Shown here in pieces: positions 1 through 11,600 of a stretch of 64,000 nt of DNA. The stretch comes from Caecitellus pseudoparvulus (Eukaryota > Protista > Bigyra: Bicosoecida). A model generated the notes under the pieces. It had not been told where the DNA came from. It worked only from the letters and a program-made list of their open reading frames with translations, and did no database searches. The DNA is taken from assembly GCA_965644315.1 (NCBI GenBank), contig CBFFRQ010000068.1:558001-622000 (forward strand), written 5' to 3'. Both the position numbers and the translations under genes were made by a program. Position 1 is the stretch's first letter. Each line of letters begins with the position of its first letter.

Positions 1-1820
1 GTGCGTTTCCTGCAGATGAGGGTGCCAGCACTGGCTCGAGCACGTGCTTGCTGCCAGCTGGGTGCAGTGCGAGCGCTCGAATGTCGTCTGACGTCAAGCC
101 CGCCACACCGCTGCGAAAGAGCTCCGCCGCGGATCCAGTCCAATGCAGCAGAGCTCCAACAACCCGTGCCCCATGAACTGACACGTAGTTCTCAGGCTTT
201 TCTTCCCCACCCATTGCACCGGGCATGGCCCTGTCCACACTTGCCGAGAGCACCCCTACCCCTGACTTTGCCGCGCCAGAGCCAGCCGCTGCTTCCGAAA
301 CGGCCTGTCCACTGCCTGGGGGAGACGAGCGCGCCCCCCCCAGATCCAGCCACCACCGAACCAGCTCAGTGTGCGAAGATGAATCTTCGTCACTCACTGC
401 AATGTACCGTTTCGCCAGCCTGACCAGTCCAGTCGCAATAGCTGTGCGGGCTCGCGTCGCCACCCCAGGCGAGTCTCCAGCGAGGGTCAACGCAGTCGCG
501 ACTCTCTCGTGCCCTACCTCCAAGGCCTTGTGCAGCAACGGAAGCACGTCGACGAGGACGCCACTCTCAAGGGCGGAGCCTGCGTGTGCAGAGGCAGCGA
601 TCATGTCCGCTGCAGCATGATGGGCAATCCTGTGCGAGAGAATGCCCCCCCAGCGCGATTCGGCGACATCTTCCAGCAGCCAAGGTACAACCAACCGAGG
701 CGCGGCTGCCATGGAAGCTTGAAGCAGCCTGCACCCGACTTCGTCCTTCATCAACTCAAGCATGCGCTCCTCAGCCGTGTCCCCGAATCGGCTCTCTTCT
801 GCACTAGCTTCAGCCGGCTCATCCACGCCCTCAACCTCATCATGCTTACGAGTGAGGATCGCGTTCACAGCAAGAGGCAGCAGGTCTCCTTCCAGCGTGA
901 CATCAAGCTGCGAACTGTTGGAGATAAGCTTGGAGCTGGAGGTCGCAGCTGCTGCCGGGTGCGACAGACGCACGCCAACGTCACTTGCGGCAGCTGCTTG
1001 CACGATGAGCTGCAGCACGGGACCAGCGTTAGAGTCGCATGCAGCAGAGCAGATGTCTTCGGCACTCCATGAGGCCACGTGTCGAATCCAGCCTTCCAAG
1101 TGCTGGCGTGTCTCGCTGCTCCCGGCAAAGCCAGGCGCCTCGCATGCGACCCCTGCAGCCTGCAATTCGCGCATCTCTGCAGCGGAGGACGCAAACGCTG
1201 CTTGGGCACGGGACTTCTTTTTCTTCTTCTTGTGCGCCCTGGCCCCTTCGAAACCGTTGCGGCGCTGCGCCGGAGGCTTCAAGCCGCCGAGAGCAGCCAC
1301 CAAGCTCCGTGCTACGTGCGTTGCGCATGTGTCGAATGCAAAGTCCTGCAAGGCTGCAGTGAGAGAGTCTGAGAGCTTGTAAATGCTTTTCCTGGCTGTG
1401 GCACTCGCGTCCTCCTCGTCTGACTCGCCACCACCCTCAGCCGCAGACCCCAGCCGTGACAGGCAGGTCTGCAGAACATGCGAGCCAAAGCGATCACAGC
1501 TCACAAACGGCAGGTAATCAGCTAAGGAAGCTGCAAATGTCGCGACAGACAGGATCGGCGCCTGAGATAGCACGTTCTCCACCAGGTAGCTGCACTTCTT
1601 GCTTGTGGCAGCACTGGCCTCCCTTCCCAACAGCTCCTCCAGCACACGGCGTGTCAAGATGTGCCGCTGCTCTGCATCCGCATCTCGCAAGGGCAGTTCC
1701 AGCTGCCGAAGGTACTCAACTGCAGAGTCGTCAAGCTTTCTTGGCTTCCTGTACTCGGAAAATGCGCAAGTGCAGCAAGAATACGACGGGTATACCCGCA
1801 CCTCCGCACCTGAACTCCAT
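1..1820 (-). CDS. NOP9: Nucleolar protein 9 (Pumilio-repeat 40S biogenesis factor), 3' end runs off the window; intron 1749-1809
   Basis: Not in the ORF track; translated by hand: MEFR|KPRKLDDSAVEYLRQLE...SCDRFGSHVLQTCL...DTCATHVARSL...LMKDEVGCRLLQ...SVHGARVVGALL...LALHPAGSKHVLE. These match Nop9 PUF-like repeat motifs. 61-nt GT-AG intron. Confidence 0.85.
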
Positions 1821-2115
1821 GACCAATTTCCGCACAGCTGCTCAACTATACAATCAAATCGTGGGGCTCCGGGAACTCAATTCAGGAAGAAAGGTTACAG
1901 GCATTCAGCATGACAAGAAAAATCCAATTGTTGGTGCCTGTTTTAGTGGGTGTTGTCAATTTGTGTGGGCCATGGGAGTCCAGTTCGACAAGTTCCGGGT
2001 ATGACACGGGTTGTCCCTGGTGCAAAACCTGAGCCGAAGGAGCTGGCGACCAACAAAGCCTCACATTGCGCAATGAATTGAAATCACACATATTTTCAAC
2101 TAGCCAGACCTTCAT

Positions 2116-5100
2116 TCACTCTGCCGGAGCTACGGATCGGTCCGCCCGACGGAGCCCAGCCGATCGAGATGGTGCGAAAGCAGTGCGTTCTGGGCCCCGA
2201 CCTCGAGAAGGACGCTGCGACGCGGGGGACGCCCGAGAGCTTCCAGGTCGAAGGGCAAGCTGCACTTGAGAAGCGTGCACCAATGGGTTCACGCCACTGA
2301 AACTCTTGACCGGCTTCGGTGTTTGTGGAAGAGATACTCCGTGCCGCCGCAAAACCTTGCCCGCCTTCTTAGACGCGGACGGCATCGCGTACCGCACGAT
2401 CCCGACCACATACGCCAAGCATAGCACCACAGCAGCCACTAAAATTGCAACAACGACAGACACCTCACGCAGGCTAATCCCGATGTTCACCGCGTTCTGC
2501 GCACTCGTGTCCTCCGCTGCCAACAACGCTCCAGGTGCATCACGCAGACCACCTCCCTCGACGCCCACCACCATGCTCTCGCGCACCATCGTCACACCCC
2601 CCACACGACCCACAAACGTCTCATTCCACCCCAACGCCGACATCCCACTGCTCACACTCACGTTCGAAGCGTAGTCAAACGCTGCCGCCGCGTCCACAGC
2701 TGGCAAGTACCGAGTCCACACACCAGACGCAGCTGCAGCCGTGCCGTTCAGCGCCTGCATCGCTGCAGCCCCCAGCTCACGGGCGCCCTCATGCAGCCAG
2801 ATGTTCACGGGGAACTGGTCTGCTGTCGTCTCTTGCGCCGTGCTGAACTCGCGCGCTGTCCCTGCCTGCACCTCCGTCGACAGCAGCGAGTCAAACTGCT
2901 GCTGGCTGGACAGGTACAGCAGCCCCATCAAGCAGAAGGCCGACACGCCCAGCGACGCCGTCTCCAACGAGTTCGCCACCGCGTACGAGAACGGACGCAC
3001 TGTCAAGTGCATCATCAACGACACACACAGCAACGCCAGCCCGATGTGCGCCTGCAGGAACCCGTTGCTCATGAACACCGACAGGAACGCAAACGACACC
3101 TTGCGAGCCAACACCACCCCCTCCCACAGGTACACACGCCCCTGCAGCCGGTACCCCGCATACAGCATCGCGTACGTGTCCCGCATGGACGGATCGGCCA
3201 GCTGGGACCGGCGGCGGTACAGCAAGTACAGCGCCGATGCGGGAATGCCCACCAGGTACACCACCACAGCCACCAGCGCTGTCGCCCACACCGCCGTGTA
3301 CTGCGGGTCAGATGTGGACACGGCGAAGTCCCCCGTCAGGTACGTCTCCCCGCCGATCACGTCACCGTAGGTGTTGAACACCATCAGCACCTGCCGCATG
3401 ATGCCAGGGTACAGGATGAAGAGCAAGGCCGTGGACACACCGATGCTGGTGCTGGCGTACGAGGCAGCTGAGGTCGAGGCTGTCGAGCGCTGGGTCTGAC
3501 TGGAAGGTGAGCCGACCACGGCCCCGCTCACATGTGACCTTGATGCCGCCCCCCTTTGATGCCGCCCTCGGACCAGCGGGTTGGACACAACAGGCATGTC
3601 TCGGGACTCACCGCGTAACCTTGAGGTGTGCTTGGCCTCCCCAGGCTCCCCAGGCTCGGCATCCACACCTGCGCTGCCCTGGCCTGCACGTGCTGCAGGA
3701 CCACGCGTGACAGCCAGTGGGTTACACTTGCTGGTGAGAGACCGGCCCAGGCGGCGATCAATGGCGGCAAAGGGCCGGCCACCATCACCCTCAGCCTCAT
3801 TCCCACCCCCACCACGGTGACAGCACACACATGCAGCGGACCCAAACTTCACAGCATACAGCAGCCACAGTGCCACAGCTGGCAACAGCAGGGCCAAGGG
3901 CGGCAGCGCCATGGTGGCCCAGAAGCGACCAAAGAAGCTCAGGCCACTCGCGCACTGCACCGGGAACAAGGACAGGTTCAGGCCCTCTGCGGAGCTGGTC
4001 ACGGAGAACAGACTCACCACCACAGCAGGTCGAGGCAGATTGAAGGCTGCGATGGACGTCAGCACCTGCACAGTGTTCAGCGCCACACGAATCAGCACCA
4101 ACGTCACAGCCTTGCCACCCTTCAACGTCCGCATCCGCTCCAACACACGTGGGTCGTGCCGCCACGCATCCTCGTCAGAGTACACCGGCGGCGGCAAGCC
4201 CTGCAGCTGGTCATACTGCCGCAGCTGACGTGCCACCTTGCGACTCTGCTTCCGGAACGGACTGCTGCTCACGTTGTTCGCCACAAACGCCCCCACTGCC
4301 AGCAGGATCAAGGCCGTCACACCCAAGTTCGCGCCCATGGACCAACACTTGAAACACTGCTCACCTGACCCCGCATATCCCTCAGCACACACCGCACACA
4401 GCGGACCTGCATACCCCTCAGCACACAGCTCCTGCTCTGCCACCTCCTCCGACCCGCTGCTGCTGTCCACCCCACCACCTGACGGCGCCACCACGCCGCC
4501 TTCCTTGCTCCGGTACACGTCGCCCCCCGCCACCAGCTCAGACACCACCACACATGCCTGGCGGTTCAGGCAGGAGTAGAAGCGGTCCCCGCTCTGCACA
4601 TCCCGCATGTCCACTGCCGGGTCAGGGAAGAACCCCTTCCGCACATACAACAGTCCGTTGTCGCAGATGGTGTTGCCTGGGCACTTGCGACAAGCGGCTG
4701 ACCCAGGGTACGAGAACTCCTCAGCCGCACATGGACCGCACTCAGCCTGGCCCCCACCACTGACATACCCCGGCAAGCACGGCTGGCAAGCCGTCACAGA
4801 CACGCCACCTGCCGCGCCCTGCACCACACCGCCCTCCACAGGCTCATACCCCACCTGGCACTCACACCGCAGCCCATCCCCCGTCACCTGTGTCCCACGC
4901 CCGCGACATGCCGCACGCTGCACCACGATCACCACCTCACCCGCACCCCCACCATCCACACCCACACCGCCCCCCACCCCCCACGGCACGCTCACACTCA
5001 CACGCAGCATGCCCGTCGATGGCGGCTGCACCTGCACCACATGCGTCGACCCCGCCACGCCACCACACTGCTGCTGCACAGCGCCTGCGTCGCTGCTCAC

Positions 5101-8046
5101 CATGACAGGCAAGGACCGCCACCCCCCCTCCACACGTGGCACGACCCCCACTGCCCTGCCCTGCCCATCAGCCAGGAAGGCTCCCTCCACCTCCACCTGC
5201 CCCAGGCCCAGTGGCGACGCCACACCCACCACATCCCGCAACGACACACACACCACAGGCTGCACATCTGCCGACACCACAGTGCGCGGCACCGTGGCAG
5301 ATGACGCCCACGGCGACAGTGCGCCATACACTGGCAGCCCCGTGATGTTCACTGACTGGGCGTCCTGCCCCACATGCTGGGTGGAGTTGGGATCAGGCGC
5401 CCCCCGCGTGCGCAGCGTCAGCTGGGCCGTGTTGGACTCCGGCGCAGCATCCAGTGCCGCCACACCCAGACCTGGCACCTGAGCACCACTCAATGCGCCC
5501 GTGCCCCCGTACCGTGCCGTCAGCCACAACGGCACAGGCGCAGCACGCGCCGCGATGGAGGCTGGCACACTGCCCGCCGCCAGCCACGACCCATCACCCC
5601 CCCCCTGCCCAGACACGCCCACACTCAGCTCCTGCGCCCGCTGAGAGTCCATGGTGTACAGCTGCAGCGGCAGCACCGACCTGGCCATGGGCGCCAGCTC
5701 CACAGCGCCGTCTGCCATGCACAGGAAGGCGCCCGTGGACCGGAAGAACACGCTGAAGCTCTGCACGACCCCGCCAGGCGGAGTGGAGCTGTACACGTGC
5801 AGCGGCACACGGTACGCGTTGACGTCATCAGGCACGATGGCAGTGGGGCCCCGCACCAGCAGCTCCATGGACTCCCCCGCACCCACCGTCAGTGCGCTGC
5901 TCAGCCGCCGCCCAACCACTGTGCCCTGCAGCGTCAACACCTCCAGCAGCTCAGTCTGCGTCACCGCACCCAGACCAGCACCCACGGGCTCTGCCACACC
6001 CACCACCACACTCACATTGCTGTCAGCCTCCTCCCCGCTGTTCTCAATGCGCAGCGGCACCGCAGAGTCGCGCACAGAGCCCTTCGCAGACACCATGTTC
6101 ACCTCCCCTGACTCCACCAACGCCACCGCCAGCACCTGCGGCCCAGTCACCTCCACATACACGGCCATACTCGCGCTCGACGGCAGCCCCGTCAGCACGT
6201 CCTCCTCCACACTGAACACCACACTGCCACTGTGCACACCCCGGGCCAAGCCACCCGTGGACACCCGCAGCGTCACCACGTCCGGCACCTGCACACGGGG
6301 GTCGCCGTACGTCACATTGCCCACATGCTGCAGCCACGACGTGTTGGTGGACACGGTGAAGGCGTACTCGTGGCACTGCACAAGCACTGTGATGTCTGTG
6401 GTGGCAGGGTGTGCAATTCGCAGGGAGACGGTGTCGTTGAGGGCGCGCACTGCACCGGGGATGCGGTTGGGGGACACGGAAGGCGTGATAGATGGAGTGG
6501 CAGTGGGTGACGGTGTAGTTGATGGAGTTGTCGTAACGCTAGGTGTCCCAGACACAGATGGTGTGACGCTGGGCGTCGCTGTGTTGCTTGGAGTGGGCGT
6601 CACGGTGCTGGTCGCAGATGGCGATGCTGACACACATGCCCCGATGCTGTCTCGCGGCAGGTTGCTCCCACGGTTGTTCGGGCAAGAGAGGCATGATGTG
6701 CGCCCGGCGTTAGGTTGGTACTCCGTGTCCTCGCACTCCGCGCACTCTACGCTGCTCACTCCGTACCTGCCTGCCGCGCAAGCACCACAAGTAGTCTGCC
6801 CCGTGGCAGTGGGAGCAGTTGCATACCCCAGCACACAGTCCAGGCATGCTGTCTCCGCTGTGACGTTTGTGAAGCGGCCTGCGACACACTCTAAGCAAGC
6901 TGATTCTCTGGTTGATGCTCCATACCGCCCCGCCTCGCACTCCGTACATGCTGTCGCTGCCCCCGTCGAGTACTCGCCAGCACTGCACACATCACACGCT
7001 GTCGCCTGTGTGGAGCTCATGAACTCGCCAGGCGGGCAGGCTAAACACGCTGACAGGCTGCTGCTGGGCCCGTACCGCCCAGCGTCACAAGGAGTACACG
7101 CACCAGCCCCAGGAGCTGCAGAGTGGAAGCCAGGGCCACATGCGGTGCACGTGGCAGGAGACACGGCGGCAGTGTGTGGTGATGCAGTGCCTGGTGCGCA
7201 CAGGTGGCAGAAGGAAGAGCCTTGCGAGGCTTGGTAGGTGCCGGGACCACATTGGGTGCATCCTGACAGGCCCACGATTTCAGCATGCAAGCCAGGTAAA
7301 CACACATCGCACGAAGACTGTTGCGCGGAGCTTTGGTATTTGCCCTTTGGACACTCAGTGCAGCTGCTTTGTGAGTGCGAGGAAGCCCTCCCAGCTGAGC
7401 AGGCTTGGCAAGTACTGTGTGCACCTCCGTCGCTTGGGGAAAAGAGCCCAGGCTGACAGGCTTCACATTGCAAAGATCCTGGCTGCCCTTGCCACAATCC
7501 CCCATTGCAGTTCTTGCACCCAGCCCTTCCTGTTTGATCTTGGTACTTGCCTCTTACGCATGCCTTGCAACCCTGGCGCCCCTTGTTGTCTTGAAACTTT
7601 CCAGCGCTGCAGTCCTTGCAATCTGATTTCCCTGCTTGGTCTTGAAACTTTCCCAGGGGGCATTTTTTGCAGCCCCCAGCTCCTCTGTTGTCTTGAAAGT
7701 CCCCCTGTGCAGTTCGAGCGGCACTGTGTGCGACGGTGCAAGGCAAACAGGCAGGATTTGGTCGCACCTTGTCGCATGCCTTGCAATTGTTGCGGTTATG
7801 GTTCTTCTTGTTCTGATAGCGCCCCTTACTGCACTTTGGGCAGTTGTTTCCAGCCTTGTACCGACCCCTGCCGCATTGGCCCAACGATCTAGCAGCCACA
7901 CCACCACCAAGGCTGGGTTGAAGTTCATCAAGAACCAAGCCTTCCTCCTGAGATTCAGCAGTTCCAAAGGGGATTCCAAGTTGAAAGAGCACCAAGAAGA
8001 GCAGGACTGGTGCGAAACTGAGCGTCAATGAGGGACGGCGCACCAT
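2116..8046 (-). CDS. Giant Cys-rich surface protein with multi-pass C-terminal domain, paralog 1 (about 1955 aa; intron 7705-7767)
   Basis: Signal peptide MVRRPSLTLSFAPVLLFLVLFQLGIPFGTA; tandem CxxCxxGx(Y/F) repeats (Ephrin_rec_like/GCC2-GCC3 type); Thr/Pro linker; beta-rich region; CAEGYAGPLCAVCAEGY..CFKC; then several hydrophobic helices with LYAGYR..YLWEGVVLARK and HLTVRPF..NSLET motifs typical of protist TRP-like multi-pass domains. In-frame 63-nt GT-AG intron. Confidence 0.85.
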   Translation of the reverse strand: MVRRPSLTLSFAPVLLFLVLFQLGIPFGTAESQEEGLVLDELQPSLGGGVAARSLGQCGRGRYKAGNNCPKCSKGRYQNKKNHNRNNCKACDKVRPNPACLPCTVAHSAARTAQGDFQDNRGAGGCKKCPLGKFQDQAGKSDCKDCSAGKFQDNKGRQGCKACVRGKYQDQTGRAGCKNCNGGLWQGQPGSLQCEACQPGLFSPSDGGAHSTCQACSAGRASSHSQSSCTECPKGKYQSSAQQSSCDVCLPGLHAEIVGLSGCTQCGPGTYQASQGSSFCHLCAPGTASPHTAAVSPATCTACGPGFHSAAPGAGACTPCDAGRYGPSSSLSACLACPPGEFMSSTQATACDVCSAGEYSTGAATACTECEAGRYGASTRESACLECVAGRFTNVTAETACLDCVLGYATAPTATGQTTCGACAAGRYGVSSVECAECEDTEYQPNAGRTSCLSCPNNRGSNLPRDSIGACVSASPSATSTVTPTPSNTATPSVTPSVSGTPSVTTTPSTTPSPTATPSITPSVSPNRIPGAVRALNDTVSLRIAHPATTDITVLVQCHEYAFTVSTNTSWLQHVGNVTYGDPRVQVPDVVTLRVSTGGLARGVHSGSVVFSVEEDVLTGLPSSASMAVYVEVTGPQVLAVALVESGEVNMVSAKGSVRDSAVPLRIENSGEEADSNVSVVVGVAEPVGAGLGAVTQTELLEVLTLQGTVVGRRLSSALTVGAGESMELLVRGPTAIVPDDVNAYRVPLHVYSSTPPGGVVQSFSVFFRSTGAFLCMADGAVELAPMARSVLPLQLYTMDSQRAQELSVGVSGQGGGDGSWLAAGSVPASIAARAAPVPLWLTARYGGTGALSGAQVPGLGVAALDAAPESNTAQLTLRTRGAPDPNSTQHVGQDAQSVNITGLPVYGALSPWASSATVPRTVVSADVQPVVCVSLRDVVGVASPLGLGQVEVEGAFLADGQGRAVGVVPRVEGGWRSLPVMVSSDAGAVQQQCGGVAGSTHVVQVQPPSTGMLRVSVSVPWGVGGGVGVDGGGAGEVVIVVQRAACRGRGTQVTGDGLRCECQVGYEPVEGGVVQGAAGGVSVTACQPCLPGYVSGGGQAECGPCAAEEFSYPGSAACRKCPGNTICDNGLLYVRKGFFPDPAVDMRDVQSGDRFYSCLNRQACVVVSELVAGGDVYRSKEGGVVAPSGGGVDSSSGSEEVAEQELCAEGYAGPLCAVCAEGYAGSGEQCFKCWSMGANLGVTALILLAVGAFVANNVSSSPFRKQSRKVARQLRQYDQLQGLPPPVYSDEDAWRHDPRVLERMRTLKGGKAVTLVLIRVALNTVQVLTSIAAFNLPRPAVVVSLFSVTSSAEGLNLSLFPVQCASGLSFFGRFWATMALPPLALLLPAVALWLLYAVKFGSAACVCCHRGGGGNEAEGDGGRPFAAIDRRLGRSLTSKCNPLAVTRGPAARAGQGSAGVDAEPGEPGEAKHTSRLRGESRDMPVVSNPLVRGRHQRGAASRSHVSGAVVGSPSSQTQRSTASTSAASYASTSIGVSTALLFILYPGIMRQVLMVFNTYGDVIGGETYLTGDFAVSTSDPQYTAVWATALVAVVVYLVGIPASALYLLYRRRSQLADPSMRDTYAMLYAGYRLQGRVYLWEGVVLARKVSFAFLSVFMSNGFLQAHIGLALLCVSLMMHLTVRPFSYAVANSLETASLGVSAFCLMGLLYLSSQQQFDSLLSTEVQAGTAREFSTAQETTADQFPVNIWLHEGARELGAAAMQALNGTAAAASGVWTRYLPAVDAAAAFDYASNVSVSSGMSALGWNETFVGRVGGVTMVRESMVVGVEGGGLRDAPGALLAAEDTSAQNAVNIGISLREVSVVVAILVAAVVLCLAYVVGIVRYAMPSASKKAGKVLRRHGVSLPQTPKPVKSFSGVNPLVHASQVQLALRPGSSRASPASQRPSRGRGPERTAFAPSRSAGLRRADRSVAPAE
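2482..7260. repeat. Copy 1 of a near-identical 4.8-kb direct repeat (coding core of paralog 1)
   Basis: Aligns base for base with 8971-13782 apart from scattered substitutions, one codon indel (PGNTIC vs PGDGVVC) and a length-variable Thr/Pro linker. Confidence 0.95.
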
Positions 8047-8619
8047 GGTCGAGGTAGGCCAGGGATGGGAAGTGCAGTGCACCAGCACCACGCGCAGTCG
8101 TTGTCGAACGCCTTGCAACGAGAGACTGTTCAGCGAGCTAGCAGGGCGGTGGATTAAAATACCTTGCAATCGTATGTAGATCACTTGATCTCCCGCCCTG
8201 ATCTCTCTCCCCCCGACACACCCACTTCAGCCTTTCGTCAGAGCCACAACGACGCACGCTGGTCCAAGCTTTGGAGCGGAGCTGGGCCTCACGAGGCAGA
8301 TTTTCCTCAGCCACCCTTGCCTCAGAAAAGCGCTCCGAAATGAAGATGCTCTGTTTTGGGGTAAAGGGTTTAGAACTTTTGCCACAGTGAAAAACCACAG
8401 GTGGGCCCCTTTTCTCCTTTGACATAGGCAGTGCACGTCTGTGTACCTCCATCTCATGGAGCACTTTGCTGACAAAGGAACAAAACAGTAAATTCAGCCC
8501 GCGGTACCAGTCCCAAAGAACTTTAACGTATTCAGCTTGTCCGCACTTTGGCTCGGAGGGCGGCCATGTGGAGGCTTCAGGAGCTGGACCTTGAGCAACC
8601 ATGTAAAGAACTGCCCTCA

Positions 8620-11600
8620 TCACGCCTTCTTCGCAAGGTGGGCGCTTCGTGACGAGGACTGAGAGGGAACGAAGGCCTGGCGGCGGACTTGCAAGCGACG
8701 AGCTCGCAAAACTGAGGAGCGGACAGCACCAGATTTCGGCATCACCTTGAGATTCAATGCTGGTAAACTTGAGCGTTGACGCTCAGATGCCGGGACAGCC
8801 TTTGCAGAGTGATCAGCGGTGGCTCGGGAGCGCAACTTCAGGACCTTACCTGCCTTCTTGGATGCAGACGGCACTGCATACCGAACCATCGAAAAAATGT
8901 AGGCCAGCAAAAGAAATACAGCTGCGATCACCATGAGAATGACCACTCCGATCTCCCGTGCACTCGCATTGATGTTCACCGCGTCCTGCGCACTCGTGTC
9001 CTCCGCTGCCAACAACGCTCCAGGTGCATCACGCAGACCACCTCCCTCGACGCCCACCACCATGCTCTCGCGCACCATCGTCACACCCCCCACACGACCC
9101 ACAAACGTCTCATTCCACCCCAACGCCGACATCCCACTGCTCACACTCACGTTCGAAGCGTAGTCAAACGCTGCCGCCGCGTCCACAGCTGGCAAGTACC
9201 GAGTCCACACACCAGACGCAGCTGCAGCCGTGCCGTTCAGCGCCTGCATCGCTGCAGCCCCCAGCTCACGGGCGCCCTCATGCAGCCAGATGTTCACAGG
9301 GAACTGGTCTGCTGTCGTCTCCTGCGCCGTGCTGAACTCGCGCGCTGTCCCGGCCTGCACCTCCGTCGACAGCAGCGAGTCAAACTGCTGCTGGCTGGAC
9401 AGGTACAGCAGCCCCATCAAGCAAAAGGCCGACACGCCCAGCGACGCCGTCTCCAACGAGTTCGCCACCGCGTACGAGAACGGACGCACTGTCAAGTGCA
9501 TCATCAACGACACACACAGCAACGCCAGCCCGATGTGCGCCTGCAGGAACCCGTTGCTCATGAACACCGACAGGAACGCAAACGACACCTTGCGAGCCAA
9601 CACCACCCCCTCCCACAGGTACACACGCCCCTGCAGCCGGTACCCCGCATACAGCATCGCGTACGTGTCCCGCATGGACGGATCAGCCAGCTGGGACCGG
9701 CGGCGGTACAGCAAGTACAGCGCCGATGCGGGGATGCCCACCAGGTACACCACCACAGCCACCAGCGCTGTCGCCCACACCGCCGTGTACTGCGGGTCAG
9801 ATGTGGACACGGCAAAGTCCCCCGTCAGGTACGTCTCCCCGCCGATCACGTCGCCGTAGGTGTTGAACACCATTAGCACCTGCCGCATGATGCCAGGGTA
9901 CAGGATGAAGAGCAGGGCCGTGGACACACCAATGCTGGTGCTGGCATACGAGGCAGCTGCGGCCGAGGCTGTCGAGCGCTGGGCCTGACTGGAAGGCGTG
10001 CCGACCACGCCCCCGCTCACAGGTGACCTTGATGCCGCCCCCCTTTGACCCCGCCCTCGGACCAGCGGGTTGGACACAACAGGCATGTCTCGGGACTCAC
10101 CGCGTAACCTTGAGGTGTGCTTGGCCTCCCCAGGCTCCCCAGGCTCGGCATCCACACCTGCGCTGCCCTGGCCTGCACATGCAGCAGGACCACGCGTGAC
10201 AGCCAGTGGGTTACGCTTGCTGGTGAAAGACCGGCCCAGGCGGCGATCAATGGCGGCAAAGGGCCGGCCACCTTCACCCTCAGCCTCTTTCCCACCCTCA
10301 CCACGGCGACAGCATACACACGCAGCGGACCCAAACTTCACAGCATACAGCAGCCACAGTGCCACAGCTGGCAACAGCAGGGCCAAGGGCGGCAGCGCCA
10401 TGGTGGCCCAGAAGCGACCAAAGAAGCTCAGGCCACTTGCGCACTGCACCGGGAACAAGGACAGGTTCAGGCCCTCTGCGGAGCTGGTCACGGAGAACAG
10501 ACTCACCACCACAGCAGGTCGAGGCAGATTGAAAGCTGCGATGGACGTCAGTACCTGCACAGTATTCAGCGCCACACGAATCAGCACCAACGTCACAGCC
10601 TTGCCACCCTTCAACGTCCGCATCCGCTCCAACACACGTGGGTCGTGCCGCCACGCATCCTCGTCAGAGTACACCGGCGGCGGCAAGCCCTGCAGCTGGT
10701 CATACTGCCGCAGCTGACGTGCCACCTTGCGACTCTGCTTCCGGAACGGACTGCTACTCACGTTGTTCGCCACAAACGCCCCCACTGCCAGCAGGATCAA
10801 GGCCGTCACACCCAAGTTCGCGCCCATGGACCAACACTTGAAACACTGCTCACCTGACCCCGCATACCCCTCAGCACACACCGCGCACAACGGACCCGCA
10901 TACCCCTCAGCACACAGCTCCTGCTCTGTCACCTCCTCCGACCCGCTGCTGCTGTCCGCGACACCACCTGACGGCGCCACCACGCCGCCTTCCTTGCTCC
11001 GGTACACGTCGCCCCCCGCCACCAGCTCAGACACCACCACACATGCCTGGCGGTTCAGGCAGGAGTAGAAGCGGTCCCCGCTCTGCACATCCCGCATGTC
11101 CACTGCCGGGTCAGGGAAGAACCCCTTCCGCACATACAACAGTCCGTTGTCGCACACCACGCCATCCCCTGGGCACTTGCGACAAGCGGCTGACCCAGGG
11201 TACGAGAACTCCTCAGCCGCACATGGACCGCACTCAGCCTGACCTCCACCACTGACATACCCCGGCAAGCACGGCTGGCAAGCCGTCACAGACACGCCAC
11301 CTGCCGCGCCCTGCACCACACCGCCCTCCACAGGCTCATACCCCACCTGGCACTCACACCGCAGCCCATCCCCCGTCACCTGTGTCCCACGCCCACGACA
11401 TGCCGCACGCTGCACCACGATCACCACCTCACCCGCACCCCCACCATCCACACCCACACCGCCCCCCACCCCCCACGGCACGCTCACACTCACACGCAGC
11501 ATGCCCGTCGATGGCGGCTGCACCTGCACCACATGCGTCGACCCCACCACGCCGCCACACTGCTGCTGCACAGCGCCTGCGTCGCTGCTCACCATGACAG

